From Lama guanicoe (lineage: Eukaryota), in assembly GCA_013239625.1 (NCBI GenBank), contig MU056262.1, forward strand, positions 4,783,369-4,847,368: a stretch of DNA of 64,000 nucleotides, given 5' to 3'. Within the stretch, counting starts at the first letter, position 1; every line of letters starts with the position of its first letter. The notes under the pieces are model-generated. The model was not told the origin of the DNA. It searched no databases and saw only the letters and a program-made list of their open reading frames with translations. Shown piece by piece: positions 13,195 to 26,260 of the stretch. Made by a program: the position numbers and the translations under genes.

Positions 13195-14284
13195 ATTATA
13201 TTTAACTCTTCACTACATTCTTCTAAGATAATTTCTAATTCCCCCATTTTCAATATTTCAGTCAGAAGCAGTGATCTTTAAACTATGTTTTTCAAATGGG
13301 AAAACATGGGGGCCATCAAGAGGATATCTCCAAGTACACCCCAGATGCCAGAGCCACTTGGTGTGAAAGCTAATTTATTTGATGTTAAAGCCAGACGCTG
13401 TCTGCCTACGATCACATCAATCCCCTGCAGGTACTGATGTGAATGGCAGGAGCTGGTTACAGTGCGGTCATCCACTGGATGCCAATAGTCCTTAATGTAA
13501 AAATAATGCCCTATAATATCAGTCCAAACATTATACAGATAACTGAAGGATCCCTTCAAGTATAGACACAGACACTTAGGAACCTATAGACTAAGTCTGA
13601 ATATATTCCAGAAAAAACAGTTGTGAAGTCAGAGTAAAAATGCAAGGGCTCTGAACATTATAAATCCTCAATGAATAGAAAAGGCTCATTTTTGAGTGCT
13701 TTAGTAATAGCCAAAAACCAGGATTTCTTTTTCTTGTGGGTGATCAGAGAGGGGAGAAAAAAAAACGCAAACTATTTCTGGGTCAATTAAAACTGGCCAG
13801 TCTGCCTTCTATTCCTCTGAGCCAGACATTCTGACAGGCTGACATGATTACACTACGTCTTTTTCTCTACCTTTATAAGCTTATCTTCCAGATGCACCGA
13901 CTTTGTGACCCTGAGCGATGAGAGGACTAAATGAGCTGGGAGCTGGTGATGGAAGGCACCCTCTGCTATGAAGTTAGGATGCGCAATGAATGAGTGGATT
14001 TGTCAATCAGCTGTTTATAAAACTCCACAGAACCTTAAAAACAGTCATAAGATTAAAAAATAAACACATCCGTGGACTCTGTTTCCTTCCTCCTTGTTGG
14101 TGTGTATGTCACTCATTCCAGTTGCATCAACTTTATAATGCATGTTTTATGTTTTGTTTTGTTGGTTTCTTTGTCTTAAATACACTCTAGTCTGACAAAC
14201 TAGCTTAACAGCTGCTTCATTCAGGTCAACCCAGTGTGAGATGGAGTGTGGTACATGTTTATTTCAGAAGCAGTACTGCATAAT

Positions 14285-14420
14285 TCAGCGGTTCCACAGT
14301 ATGTTTATTAAACACCTACTATGTGCCAGTAATTGGCAGGTCGCTGTGCTTACAGTGTAGAACCAAAAGAACATATTCTTTGCTGCTGTGAAATTTATGA
14401 TTAATGTAAAAAAAAAAAGA
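14285..14420 (-). mobile_element. L2 3' end
   Basis: tttattaaacacctactatgtgccag. Confidence 0.7.
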
Positions 14421-15925
14421 CGATACACAAACATTGCCCCATCTTTGGTCAAGCTCTCTCTCAAAATCTAAAATAAATTATCTTATTCAAGTGAGTCATA
14501 GCCACTTAGAATGTTAAATCTGGAAGACAGTGAAACCTTGGGATGGCAAACATCTATCAGACAAGATGCTGCTTTGCTGCTCCACTCATGCCCAAGCCAG
14601 ACATCACTCACTGGCCCCTGCAAGCTTCCTCACTGAATCTCTGTGTGCACTCAGACTCTGTCACAACACGGCTTTCTAGACAAACACTCTCAACAGCTAA
14701 ATCTCAACGCAGTCCTCACGTCTGACCCTTCATTCATCCTCAGCTCACTGCCATGGAGAACCACAAAAATGGAGAATGTCTTACAGAAGATAGATGTTTT
14801 GGAGAAGGAGAGGGGATTTTATAGTGATTGTATACTGAAGCCAGAGTATGGCTTTCTTTCTCTTTTTTTCCTTCTTCCTTCCTTCTGCTTCTGCCTGGTG
14901 TTCTGAGAAAGGAGGACCTGCCTCCTGGCCCAGAGGAGAATTTCTAGGTGTTTACTACCACATCTTAGAATCATGTTTAATCACATCTAATTCTCAAGCT
15001 TGGAGCTGAATGGGCCAGTTAAGTAGGGTGGATACGCCTCTTGCACAACACAGGCTATTTTTCAATGATCAAAAAATTTTCCCATTTTCACTTAGGTGTC
15101 CCACATTGAATTTTACATTCTAAGTACAAGTGAAATAAGCCCCACATCTCCACTGTTGTTGCATAACTGAAGAAAATAAAATGAATATAATTTTATATTG
15201 TGGTCGTACTCTTCAAAAATTATTCCAAAACATAGTCCCAAACCTCCACAAACATCTTAGCAGCTGCAGTTAGAAAACTCCTTAGAGAGCTGAAATAATT
15301 CTTCTCCAGAAACCGAGAAACTATTGTCAAACGTACTGCAAAAAAAAAAAAAAAACTGAGTCAATTCATTTCAACTAAAGCCACACTGTGAGCTCCCCTC
15401 CTCATTTCCAGTGACATCAAGTAACTAGTATATAGTATTTAGTGTCGAAGGAATCTCGTAATCAAATTTCCCAATAATAACTGCCTAGCACACGTTTTCC
15501 TCCCTGTCTTACCCATATTTGAGCTTTCACCTTCACATCTGTATAATGTGCATGTAAAAAATAAGGCCACCAAAAGAATAAATGCTTAAGATGAGATTAA
15601 ATCCTAGATACATTCATCCTGAAGTCTGGGTTACACCACTGCCTGTTTTGTGTTCAGGAAGAAGAAAGGATGTCCTCCTGATTTTCGTCCTGTGTTCAGG
15701 CATGCATTAAAGGGGCGTGTGCTAGGGGATTGGATGAGTCTTTGACTTGCTATACAGACTGGTAAATATTGTGCTCATTAGTTAAATAAAAAAGCCACAA
15801 AACAATATACAAGATGCCAGAGTCTGATTTGAATGAGATCTTCCTCTACCATGTATACAAATAGTCTACCAATTTCTAATGCTCTGTGTGCTAATATTCA
15901 AAAAACGCTTTTCCTCTTGTCTCCT

Positions 15926-16489
15926 AAGGCAAACAGATTCTTAGGTAGCTCCTATGACCTCCACCTCCTGGTATTCATGGCTTGTGAAGACCCTCACCCA
16001 ACCGAAGAGTGTGGGCAGGGCTTCTGACTTGCTTCTAACAAATAAAATACAACAAAGGTGATGAGACATCACTTCTGTGATAATTCCTACGTATGATTTT
16101 CCCCCTTGTTGTTGCTAACAGAATTTCACTTGTTCACTTTGAAGAAGGAAAAGCTATGCTGGGAAGGCCCACATGGCAAGGAATCAGAGTATATTCCAGT
16201 TAATGAAGGTACATGTAAGAAACTGATGCTTTCAACCCAACAGTCCAGAAGGAACTGAATGCTACCAATAACCACGTGAGCTTGGACAGGAATCCCTTCC
16301 TAGTCCAGCCTTGGATAAGACTGCATCTCTGGCCAAAACCTTGATTGCAATCTTATCAAACACTAAAGAGAAGTCCTGGCTAAGCTGTGCCTTGACTCCT
16401 GGCCCACAAAAAAGTGTGAGATAACGCGTGTTGCTTTAAGACATTAAGTTTATAGTAACAATGTTAGGCAGCAAAGGATAAGTAATACA
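15926..16489 (+). mobile_element. MLT1E/F-type MaLR solo LTR
   Basis: gagtgtgggcaggg…tgacttgcttctaac…caaaggtgatg; ggcccacatggcaaggaa; ends gcagcaaaggataagtaataca. Confidence 0.85.
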
Positions 16490-16969
16490 CTTTTCAGACA
16501 ATACTTTAATAGATGAGGAAAGCAATAAAGAAGCTCATTACATGGGAAATGTAGCTAGAGGGAGAGAGAGTTTGGGGGACCTCAAGCAAATCTCTGTAGA
16601 GATCAGAGAGTACTACTCTGTATTAATCAAAGAAGTGCATATTCTTTCAAGTTCTGTTCTGAGAATTATAAACAGATAAACAGATACCTTGATAAAAATG
16701 ATCAAATCTAAATTTCCTATGCTTAGATAATATTTGAGCCACTCTTGGCCTCACCAGGTACACCTGCCTGTTCATCCTGCCTCGATGGCTACACTCAAGC
16801 TCATACCTACATGTTCCATGCAGCATGATCTGCTTGACCACACATTGGGGAACAGGGAAACTCCTCTGGGTTTGCCATCTCTCAAGGTTAAAAAAAAAAG
16901 AAGGAAGCAGAGCATAGAATTTTAAGTTAGAGTCACTCTAGCTATGTGGCACTAAATCTATAACAGCTT

Positions 16970-17300
16970 CTTTGGGGACTATTCCAGATTGAAGGAGAGT
17001 AGGAAGACATGACAATTTGGTGCAATGTGTGATGGTGCATTGGATCCGTTTGTCATGAAGAATATGGGGAGACAATTACTGAAACATGAATGAGAGATGG
17101 ATGAGATAGTAGTAAAATATGAATATTAATTTGCTAACTTGCTATCTGTGATGTGGTTATGTACTAGGGCAGCCTTGCTTGTGAGAGACAGTTGTGGCGG
17201 TATGGAGGGTAGTGGACTGCTGCTTGCAATTAGGTTGTTCAGGGAGAAAAAAAAAGGTACTATTTTGGCAATCATTCTGCAAGTTTTAAGGCAAAAGGAA
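16970..17300 (+). mobile_element. Old L1 (L1MC/ME) 3'UTR
   Basis: ttccagattgaaggagag…gacatgacaa…tgcaatgtgtgat…tggatcc motif. Confidence 0.75.
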
Positions 17301-17344
17301 AAGAAAAAATGTGTTCATTTGACACTGTTTACATGTCCTCTAGC

Positions 17345-17585
17345 TTAACTGGGTGTTTCTCAGGTGCTAGGCATCCTATGAAATCACACTGCATGTGTCT
17401 ATTCGTTTATCCTCCACAACAGTGTTATTAGACAGGCACTATTATTAACTTTACTTTACGTATGAAGAACTGAGGCAGAGAAGTGTTATGAGTATCACCT
17501 ATGGTTAGCCAACTGGTAGGTGTCAGGAAGAGGAATCTTAATCAATCCATGGAATTCCAGGCCCCGCATTCTTAACTACAATGTT
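17345..17585 (-). mobile_element. MIR SINE, near full length
   Basis: atcctccacaacag…tattatt…gaagaactgaggcagagaag…cattcttaactac. Confidence 0.85.
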
Positions 17586-17904
17586 TGGTCACCGACTGAG
17601 TAGAGGCAACAAATCCTGTGGGTACAGTAATGTAGCTACAGCCTAAGGCTTTAGATTGTCCGTACTTATAAATCAGATTCCTCTTATTCTGATCAGCTAA
17701 CGCCACCACACACTGACTTTGTGGTAGGTATCGTTCTTGGTGAGAGGAGATTCAAAGAATATTTAAATATATACATAATATCTAATTACATGAATGAAGG
17801 AAGGATATGCGGGAGATCATCAGAAACTAGAAAAAACAAGAGTGGATGGACGTTATATGTTGTGGTAATAAGATCACAGGACACATTCAAATCAGTAGGA
17901 TAGC

Positions 17905-18125
17905 CTGGGAGGCTGTTCATGCTTTGGGATTTGGAATTATTTGATCCTCTGTCAAGCTCTACAGTTCACTACTGCAGTCACTTGTCAAGTACGCGAACTC
18001 TTCTGCACATGCATCCTCGTTAGGAAAGATGGGTAATAACGCTAAGCCAGAGTGTTAAAAGATTAAGTGTAAAATCACCAAGCATCAATGCTGACACATA
18101 GTATGTGCTTGCTGAATTCTAATTT
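17905..18125 (+). mobile_element. MIR SINE
   Basis: Decayed core and 3' end (ctgacacatagtatgtgctt). Confidence 0.6.
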
Positions 18126-18824
18126 TGCTTGATTCACCTTCTTAAATTTTTGAAGAGATAGTTCTTCCCTTGCAGGAAGGAAAAAAAGGAAATTGAACCT
18201 CATGTGATTTTTCAAAATTGGGAATTTGCTATTTCTTTAAAGTATTTTATATCCCTTCCCTCAACACTTCCATTCTGGCAGGTTCATCTGGGGTCTAGCA
18301 TGACAACTATTTAAAATCTCATTTGCAAATGTTGATGTGGACAGGAGAGGAACAGAATAGTGTGTGAGCCTGTTAATGAGTGACAGGGATAAGCCAATGT
18401 GATGACCAGTGAGCCCTGGAACACGAGTGAGCCTTTCTCTTCCTTCTCTTCCCAGTGTCAGCAGCCAATGCTCTACTACAGGTGCTCATTCCTTTGGCTA
18501 CTAGAATTAGACTGGTAATTGGAATTGGTAATGGAATGAGATTGGTAAAATGGTATTAATTCATTTTGCACATCTCAGTCAGCCCTTGAGAGGAGTGGTT
18601 CCCTGATTCCAAGCCATTTTTTGTAACTGAGTTTTAAAAGCCTAAGCCTTTTTCGTTTATTATAATTTATGAATAATGAGTAGAACCACTTCCCTCTTTG
18701 GTTACTTCCATCCTTGTGTTTCAATGTCATTCCCAGCTCTGAGTATTTAACTCTAATTTCTCACTCAGTGACAAAACTCCAGATTTGTTGGAACAATTTT
18801 GGCATTCAAAACATAACAGGCTCC

Positions 18825-18996
18825 NNNNNNNNNNNNNNNNNNNNNNNNNNNNNNNNNNNNNNNNNNNNNNNNNNNNNNNNNNNNNNNNNNNNNNNNNNNN
18901 NNNNNNNNNNNNNNNNNNNNNNNNNNNNNNNNNNNNNNNNNNNNNNNNNNNNNNNNNNNNNNNNNNNNNNNNNNNNNNNNNNNNNNNNNNNNNNNN
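18825..18996. other. Assembly gap (172 N)
   Basis: Run of N in sequence. Confidence 0.99.
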
Positions 18997-19440
18997 GTGG
19001 CCTTGAAGACAAATCCCACATTAGCTGGCACCTGGGGGTCCTCGAGTCAGTGAGATCTCTCTCCCACCCCTCCATCAGCTTGATCTTATGTCTTTAGAAA
19101 GCAGAACAAAAAATGCTTATTTGGGGCAAGGACAAAGGGAAAAAAAAAACGTTTTGCTATGTCCACATTTGACTTTCAAGCAATGCATACATTTTCCGGG
19201 CTGAGACAGAAGTAGATTTGCATTCATTTACAAAAATGTCATATTACTCAGGAATTAAAGCAAAGAATTTGATAAAGAATCATCTGTTCCTTGCTTTGTG
19301 GAAGAAGGTAAAATAGTCATTATGTCCTGATTTTAAAAAAAAGAAAGAAAAGATTTGTCTATTGCCCATCCCCTTCACTCTTACTTTCTCTACCTGAGGT
19401 CCAGGAAAAGAAATTTGTTACTTAATTACTCACAACTATG

Positions 19441-19886
19441 ACATTTATTTTCTATTTTGTTATAACAAAACTATCACAACATTAGTAGCTTATTATCTTA
19501 CAGTTGTGGAAGTCAGAAATCCAAAAAGTGGGTCACACTGGGCTAAAATTAAGGTCTTAGCATGGATTTGTTCCCTTTAGTGGCACTGGGAGAATATACT
19601 TTTTTTTCCCCCTTTCTCCGTCTTCAAAGCCAGATGTCTAGCATCTTCAAATCTTTCTCTGATTCGAACCTCCTCTTCTCCTTCCCTCTTTCACTTATAA
19701 GGGCTACTGTGATTACCTTGGGTCTACTTGAAAATCCAATGTAATTTTTCTCTTTCAAGATCAGCGGATTAGCATTCTTAATTCTGTCTGCAACCTTAAT
19801 TCCCCCATGCCAAGTAACATAACACTTTCACAGCCTCTGGGAATTAGGACACAGTCATACGTTGGTGGCCATCATTCAGCCTACCA
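19441..19886 (-). mobile_element. MLT1D-like MaLR solo LTR
   Basis: ttatcttacagttgtggaagtcagaaatccaaaaagtgggtcacactgggctaaaattaagg…cattcagcctacca. Confidence 0.85.
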
Positions 19887-20494
19887 TGCTTCTCTACCAA
19901 AAGTTACTTGATTTCACTTTAATCATTTAGAATGGGTGTGGTCAGTGGTGTGCCTAGCACCATGCTATAATGAAAGTGTAATGTAGGGAAGCAAAATGTG
20001 TTTGCCTTCAGTGAATTTAATTCAAACTCACTGAGTTTAATCTATTATCTCATGCAGCTTCTGTGTGAAATATGAGGCTAGGTGAGTTTGGATGTCGTTG
20101 GGGAAAAGTGACTTAGGTTTTTGCCTTATTTTAACCGAATGATGCCCTTGCACAAACAACTAATATTCCCCTTCATTTTGTTCACTTATCTGAAAACGGA
20201 GTGAAACTTGTTTTGATTGTAAAAGTACTTCATGGTCCATAATAAATTTTGCTTTATCTAAGAATTCTGCCAGGGAAGTAGAAAAAGTAACATCTAAATA
20301 CGGAACTGTATTTTAGCAGAAGACGGTTTATCTGAAAGGTAGGGAGCCTGATTGTAGGTTAACTGTGTTTGTGGAATTTAGTTATGTCAACTCTTTAAGA
20401 GTACAATGATGACAAAAAGCAGTTTAGTCTCTAATATATGGGTTACAATTTATAGGAAGTGAATGAATTTGCCACACATATTACTTTGAAAAAG

Positions 20495-20895
20495 ATTTTA
20501 AAATAACTGAATTATGGCTGTATCAACTGTCATAGTAAAAAAGTACGACAATGAGGTCAACAATATGCAAACGCACAGAAAAATATGGATGAATCTCGCA
20601 CACATAATGTTTAGTGAAACTAAACACAAACTACTATGTACTAAAAATGAGATGCTGTATTATGTGATTCTATTGCTATAAAATGTAAAAGAGGTCAGAA
20701 CGGTGGTAGTTTTTGAAGGGCTCCAAAAGTGGAAGCAAACACAGGGGGGATGATTCCAAGAGGCAGGCAGTATTATTTCTTGATGTTAATGCTGCCTGCA
20801 TGAGTGTGTTAGGGAGAGAAAATTTACGGTGCAGCACACTTAAAATATGTATACTTTTCTGTGTGTGTATTCTACTTTCATAAAATTTTTAAAAA
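20495..20895 (+). mobile_element. L1ME-type 3' end
   Basis: atggatgaatctcgcacacataatgtttagtgaa…atgtatacttttctgtgtgtgtattctactttcataaaa. Confidence 0.8.
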
Positions 20896-21379
20896 TGGGT
20901 TTACCTGAAAATGAGAAAACATAAATTCACCATTATATAAACCATAAATATTAAATATCACACATACACTTTGGTCATCATAGTCACCAAGAATTTATCC
21001 TTCACCAAAATCTCCCTAAATTATATAAAAAAAAAAGTATCATGCAGCAATTTAAATGTATTTTTAAATGTGTATTGAGGAATATTTATAAATCTGAGGG
21101 TTCTTGTGGGAAAATCAACTATCTATATGGGTGAAAACAGTATCTGAAAACAAAAGGGCAGGATTATGATCCTGTTCTTTTAATACGTATTATTAATTTC
21201 ATTTTTCCTCTTCCTTCTTCTATCATTCCTTTTTCAAATTTCTTTTTCAAGTTGAACTGGGGTATCACTAAAGCAAGTGAATTTTTTCTCTTGAAATCAA
21301 TTAAACTGTCATAACAAGCACTGATTTTCGAAAGGGCATGTGTCTCAAGGATAATCTCCACTACCACTAATCTCTTCTG

Positions 21380-21810
21380 TGCGGACAGGCCAGTGTGCAA
21401 GCACTGATCAGCCACTCACAGTCCGGCGTATCCCACAAGCAGGGTACGTTAGCATGGAAGGTCAAAACCACTTCCTCTTACACCAATCCAAGTGCACGCG
21501 TGACACTGATGCAAACGATCTTCTGTTCTCTCATGAGTATAATAAAACATACATATTTCACAAGGGACTTTTGCTTAAAATGATGCCTGTTTTTTGGGCT
21601 AACCTAGGCAAGTGATTATAGGACTAACGGACCAGTTTCAAGGGAACAGGCAATCTCCTGAAGAGAGCTAGTCCTTTATACGTAAGGAGGTGAAAAAAGA
21701 GCTCTGTGTGATGAGACGTAGAAGGTGCCAGGCCTGAGTCTTAAACGTGGTTCTAATGTGAGAAGGCCAGAGAACATGACCTGGGGGTGCAAGCACACGT
21801 GTGCACGCAT
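21380..21810. promoter_or_regulatory. Candidate enhancer: CpG-retaining unique segment with MRE cores and palindromic E-box
   Basis: Five TGCRCNC cores; GCACACGTGTGC palindrome 21793-21804; motif match only. Confidence 0.3.
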
Positions 21811-23112
21811 TGATGAGACTACACTGCTTCTTCCCGCAATAAAGATTACAGGAGCAAATGACACATTCTGTGCTGCCTGTAGTGCTCAAGACAGAGAATT
21901 TGGGCAGTCTTGGCTTTTCCTTTCTTGTTAGAGCCTGCCTTTTCATCAATGAAGAGTAAGGAGAATCCAGCAACTAACAGATGCCTCAAATTATGTGTTA
22001 AAATATTGGATAAATGAGTAAGTGTATGGATAAAGCCAAATTGAAAGGAACACACCTAAGGAGATTGTTTCTATGCAATTGTGGGAAAGCCTGGGCAATA
22101 GCAGCTGCCTCGAAATCAGTGCTTGGGTTTAATGACTATAAACGTGTTTTAAAGTAAGCAAAGCCTATTCACAACAAAACTCCTCCCAGGAGGGTCCTCT
22201 GGCCTCAAGCAATCAACAGGGAGACTGGTCTGATGGTCTGAACCACACCTGGCAAGCACCTGAATGCTTGGTTCCCTTAGAGTACATCCATCCATGGACA
22301 CGTGTGTTTCTGGGTATTAAAAACTATATACATACAATATGTATATATGTAATAATACATATATATATAATATATATGTATAATATATATACATAAAATT
22401 AGCTAACATAGATTGGTATTTCCTGAATGACAAAACCAGAGTCATTGTGGTTATTCACAAATCAAAAAGAGAATCCAATATATTTGTCAAATCACAATAC
22501 AGACCAATGTTAGAATATTCAGGGGGACTCCTAAGGGCAGTTATGACCATTCTTCTTTCTAACGCATCCATTTTCCTTTATTTACAAGTCACTGTGATTC
22601 ATCATGCTCAAAAAGCACAGGTAACAAAGGGCTGATGATTACTCAGAGTGCAGTATCCCCTTTCAAGTCTCCAGAATAGTGTTCAAAGATATCTTCTGCT
22701 GAGGACCTACTGTGAGTCAGACATTTTCATAGATACGGGCATTTAAACAGAAATGTGTTATCATCTTTGTATTGGAAATGTTCTCCTGTCTACCATCTCC
22801 CTAAAAAGATCACATGGTGTGGACCACACATTTCCATCAAACACTGCTGAGTGGCTCTATCCTTCCCAGCAAAAAAATCTCAATTTGTCCTTGAAAACTA
22901 GCCATAACTATTCTCAGCTTAAACTTGCCCTCTACCTTCTGGTGGTCTGGCAACATATTTAGCAAATGTAGCCCAATCCAAGGACAACTCTTAATTCTTT
23001 GGAAAACCTCCAGTGGCTTACCAGAAAACATTCTTTGCTAAAATGGACAGTCCTTGGCAGGCACGGATTTGACCACTCTAACATTCTGCTTTTCTGCCTG
23101 GTCCTTACCTGA
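21693..23112 (+). repeat. Direct repeat copy 1 (1420 bp), abutting left side of gap
   Basis: Same sequence as 23986-25405 (offset 2293); ORF track gives identical peptides at that offset. Confidence 0.97.
22325..22395. repeat. Imperfect (TA)n low-complexity tract (duplicated at 24618-24688)
   Basis: Visible TA-rich run. Confidence 0.85.
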
Positions 23113-23985
23113 NNNNNNNNNNNNNNNNNNNNNNNNNNNNNNNNNNNNNNNNNNNNNNNNNNNNNNNNNNNNNNNNNNNNNNNNNNNNNNNNNNNNNNNN
23201 NNNNNNNNNNNNNNNNNNNNNNNNNNNNNNNNNNNNNNNNNNNNNNNNNNNNNNNNNNNNNNNNNNNNNNNNNNNNNNNNNNNNNNNNNNNNNNNNNNNN
23301 NNNNNNNNNNNNNNNNNNNNNNNNNNNNNNNNNNNNNNNNNNNNNNNNNNNNNNNNNNNNNNNNNNNNNNNNNNNNNNNNNNNNNNNNNNNNNNNNNNNN
23401 NNNNNNNNNNNNNNNNNNNNNNNNNNNNNNNNNNNNNNNNNNNNNNNNNNNNNNNNNNNNNNNNNNNNNNNNNNNNNNNNNNNNNNNNNNNNNNNNNNNN
23501 NNNNNNNNNNNNNNNNNNNNNNNNNNNNNNNNNNNNNNNNNNNNNNNNNNNNNNNNNNNNNNNNNNNNNNNNNNNNNNNNNNNNNNNNNNNNNNNNNNNN
23601 NNNNNNNNNNNNNNNNNNNNNNNNNNNNNNNNNNNNNNNNNNNNNNNNNNNNNNNNNNNNNNNNNNNNNNNNNNNNNNNNNNNNNNNNNNNNNNNNNNNN
23701 NNNNNNNNNNNNNNNNNNNNNNNNNNNNNNNNNNNNNNNNNNNNNNNNNNNNNNNNNNNNNNNNNNNNNNNNNNNNNNNNNNNNNNNNNNNNNNNNNNNN
23801 NNNNNNNNNNNNNNNNNNNNNNNNNNNNNNNNNNNNNNNNNNNNNNNNNNNNNNNNNNNNNNNNNNNNNNNNNNNNNNNNNNNNNNNNNNNNNNNNNNNN
23901 NNNNNNNNNNNNNNNNNNNNNNNNNNNNNNNNNNNNNNNNNNNNNNNNNNNNNNNNNNNNNNNNNNNNNNNNNNNNNNNNNNNNN
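23113..23985. other. Assembly gap (873 N) flanked by duplicated sequence
   Basis: Run of N in sequence. Confidence 0.99.
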
Positions 23986-25405
23986 AAAAAAGAGCTCTGT
24001 GTGATGAGACGTAGAAGGTGCCAGGCCTGAGTCTTAAACGTGGTTCTAATGTGAGAAGGCCAGAGAACATGACCTGGGGGTGCAAGCACACGTGTGCACG
24101 CATTGATGAGACTACACTGCTTCTTCCCGCAATAAAGATTACAGGAGCAAATGACACATTCTGTGCTGCCTGTAGTGCTCAAGACAGAGAATTTGGGCAG
24201 TCTTGGCTTTTCCTTTCTTGTTAGAGCCTGCCTTTTCATCAATGAAGAGTAAGGAGAATCCAGCAACTAACAGATGCCTCAAATTATGTGTTAAAATATT
24301 GGATAAATGAGTAAGTGTATGGATAAAGCCAAATTGAAAGGAACACACCTAAGGAGATTGTTTCTATGCAATTGTGGGAAAGCCTGGGCAATAGCAGCTG
24401 CCTCGAAATCAGTGCTTGGGTTTAATGACTATAAACGTGTTTTAAAGTAAGCAAAGCCTATTCACAACAAAACTCCTCCCAGGAGGGTCCTCTGGCCTCA
24501 AGCAATCAACAGGGAGACTGGTCTGATGGTCTGAACCACACCTGGCAAGCACCTGAATGCTTGGTTCCCTTAGAGTACATCCATCCATGGACACGTGTGT
24601 TTCTGGGTATTAAAAACTATATACATACAATATGTATATATGTAATAATACATATATATATAATATATATGTATAATATATATACATAAAATTAGCTAAC
24701 ATAGATTGGTATTTCCTGAATGACAAAACCAGAGTCATTGTGGTTATTCACAAATCAAAAAGAGAATCCAATATATTTGTCAAATCACAATACAGACCAA
24801 TGTTAGAATATTCAGGGGGACTCCTAAGGGCAGTTATGACCATTCTTCTTTCTAACGCATCCATTTTCCTTTATTTACAAGTCACTGTGATTCATCATGC
24901 TCAAAAAGCACAGGTAACAAAGGGCTGATGATTACTCAGAGTGCAGTATCCCCTTTCAAGTCTCCAGAATAGTGTTCAAAGATATCTTCTGCTGAGGACC
25001 TACTGTGAGTCAGACATTTTCATAGATACGGGCATTTAAACAGAAATGTGTTATCATCTTTGTATTGGAAATGTTCTCCTGTCTACCATCTCCCTAAAAA
25101 GATCACATGGTGTGGACCACACATTTCCATCAAACACTGCTGAGTGGCTCTATCCTTCCCAGCAAAAAAATCTCAATTTGTCCTTGAAAACTAGCCATAA
25201 CTATTCTCAGCTTAAACTTGCCCTCTACCTTCTGGTGGTCTGGCAACATATTTAGCAAATGTAGCCCAATCCAAGGACAACTCTTAATTCTTTGGAAAAC
25301 CTCCAGTGGCTTACCAGAAAACATTCTTTGCTAAAATGGACAGTCCTTGGCAGGCACGGATTTGACCACTCTAACATTCTGCTTTTCTGCCTGGTCCTTA
25401 CCTGA
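23986..25405 (+). repeat. Direct repeat copy 2 (1420 bp), abutting right side of gap
   Basis: Begins AAAAAAGAGCTCTGTGTG and ends GGTCCTTACCTGA exactly as copy 1. Confidence 0.97.
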
Positions 25406-25824
25406 CAGAAGGACGGAAGAGGCCTTAATCTAGCCTTGAGATAGAGTACATGCAAATCAGAGCAACTGGGGAGGCTAAAATTCTTACCCACGCAGCCGGA
25501 CAGAGCCAAGTGAGCCTGGACAGTGGCTGTGAGTTTCCTCTAGAGCTGGTCTTAAGTATCAGAGTCCAGAAGAACATGCTTGAGAGGAATTCCATTAGAA
25601 TGAGAGCTCAGCATATCCCTCGGGGAAATGCTGTCTCTCACTCGTTTGGCTAAATAAAGACTTCCGTGAAAAACATAGGTGGGTTCACAATCAGTTTTGA
25701 GGCTAGACCTGCATTATCAGTAGAGAAGACAATTCTGACTCAGGAAGATAATGCTGTTACAAATTTGTATCCTGATTTGGAAAGAGTGGCAGGATGCTCA
25801 GTTCACATTTTAGACCAACAGAGA

Positions 25825-26260
25825 AGCTGTAGGCTTAGGCTTTGTAGGGAGGCATCAGTGAGTTTACAACTTGCTGACATTTTCCGGCTGTGGGCATTTG
25901 AACAAGTCTGCCAAAGTGTTTCTTCATCTATAAACTTGAGATGAAGATTCTATGCACATAGTTTCATTGCTGCTGTGATTAAGTAAAGCACAGAGTCTCA
26001 CATATGTAAGGCCTTAAAATGCAAGTTTATTTATTCTTGTGTTGTTATTACATGAATGGTGTTTATGTTTTAGATTAGGGAAATTGCATGGAATTTGGAG
26101 ATGTCATGCCATAAGTATGAATCCTAGACGTATTATCTACTAAACTACGATCTAAGTCTCAGTTTCCACATTGGTAAAATTGAAAAGTGGGTCATATTTT
26201 CTGAGAAATGAAGGATATACAATAAGATAATACAAATTATTTAACACATTGTAGATGTTC
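25825..26260 (+). mobile_element. Two adjacent MIR fragments
   Basis: gtgtttcttcatctataaa and tctcagtttccacattggtaaaat cores. Confidence 0.65.

Noticed and set aside
13042-13281. ORF beginning MQIKTTMR
   Set aside because: Decayed L1 ORF2 C-terminal remnant, not a host gene
22959-24266. Long ORFs (435, 350 and 316 aa) and other X-rich ORFs at 18.7-19.1 kb, 32.4-32.8 kb and 46.7-46.9 kb
   Set aside because: They are read-through of N gaps, not coding sequence
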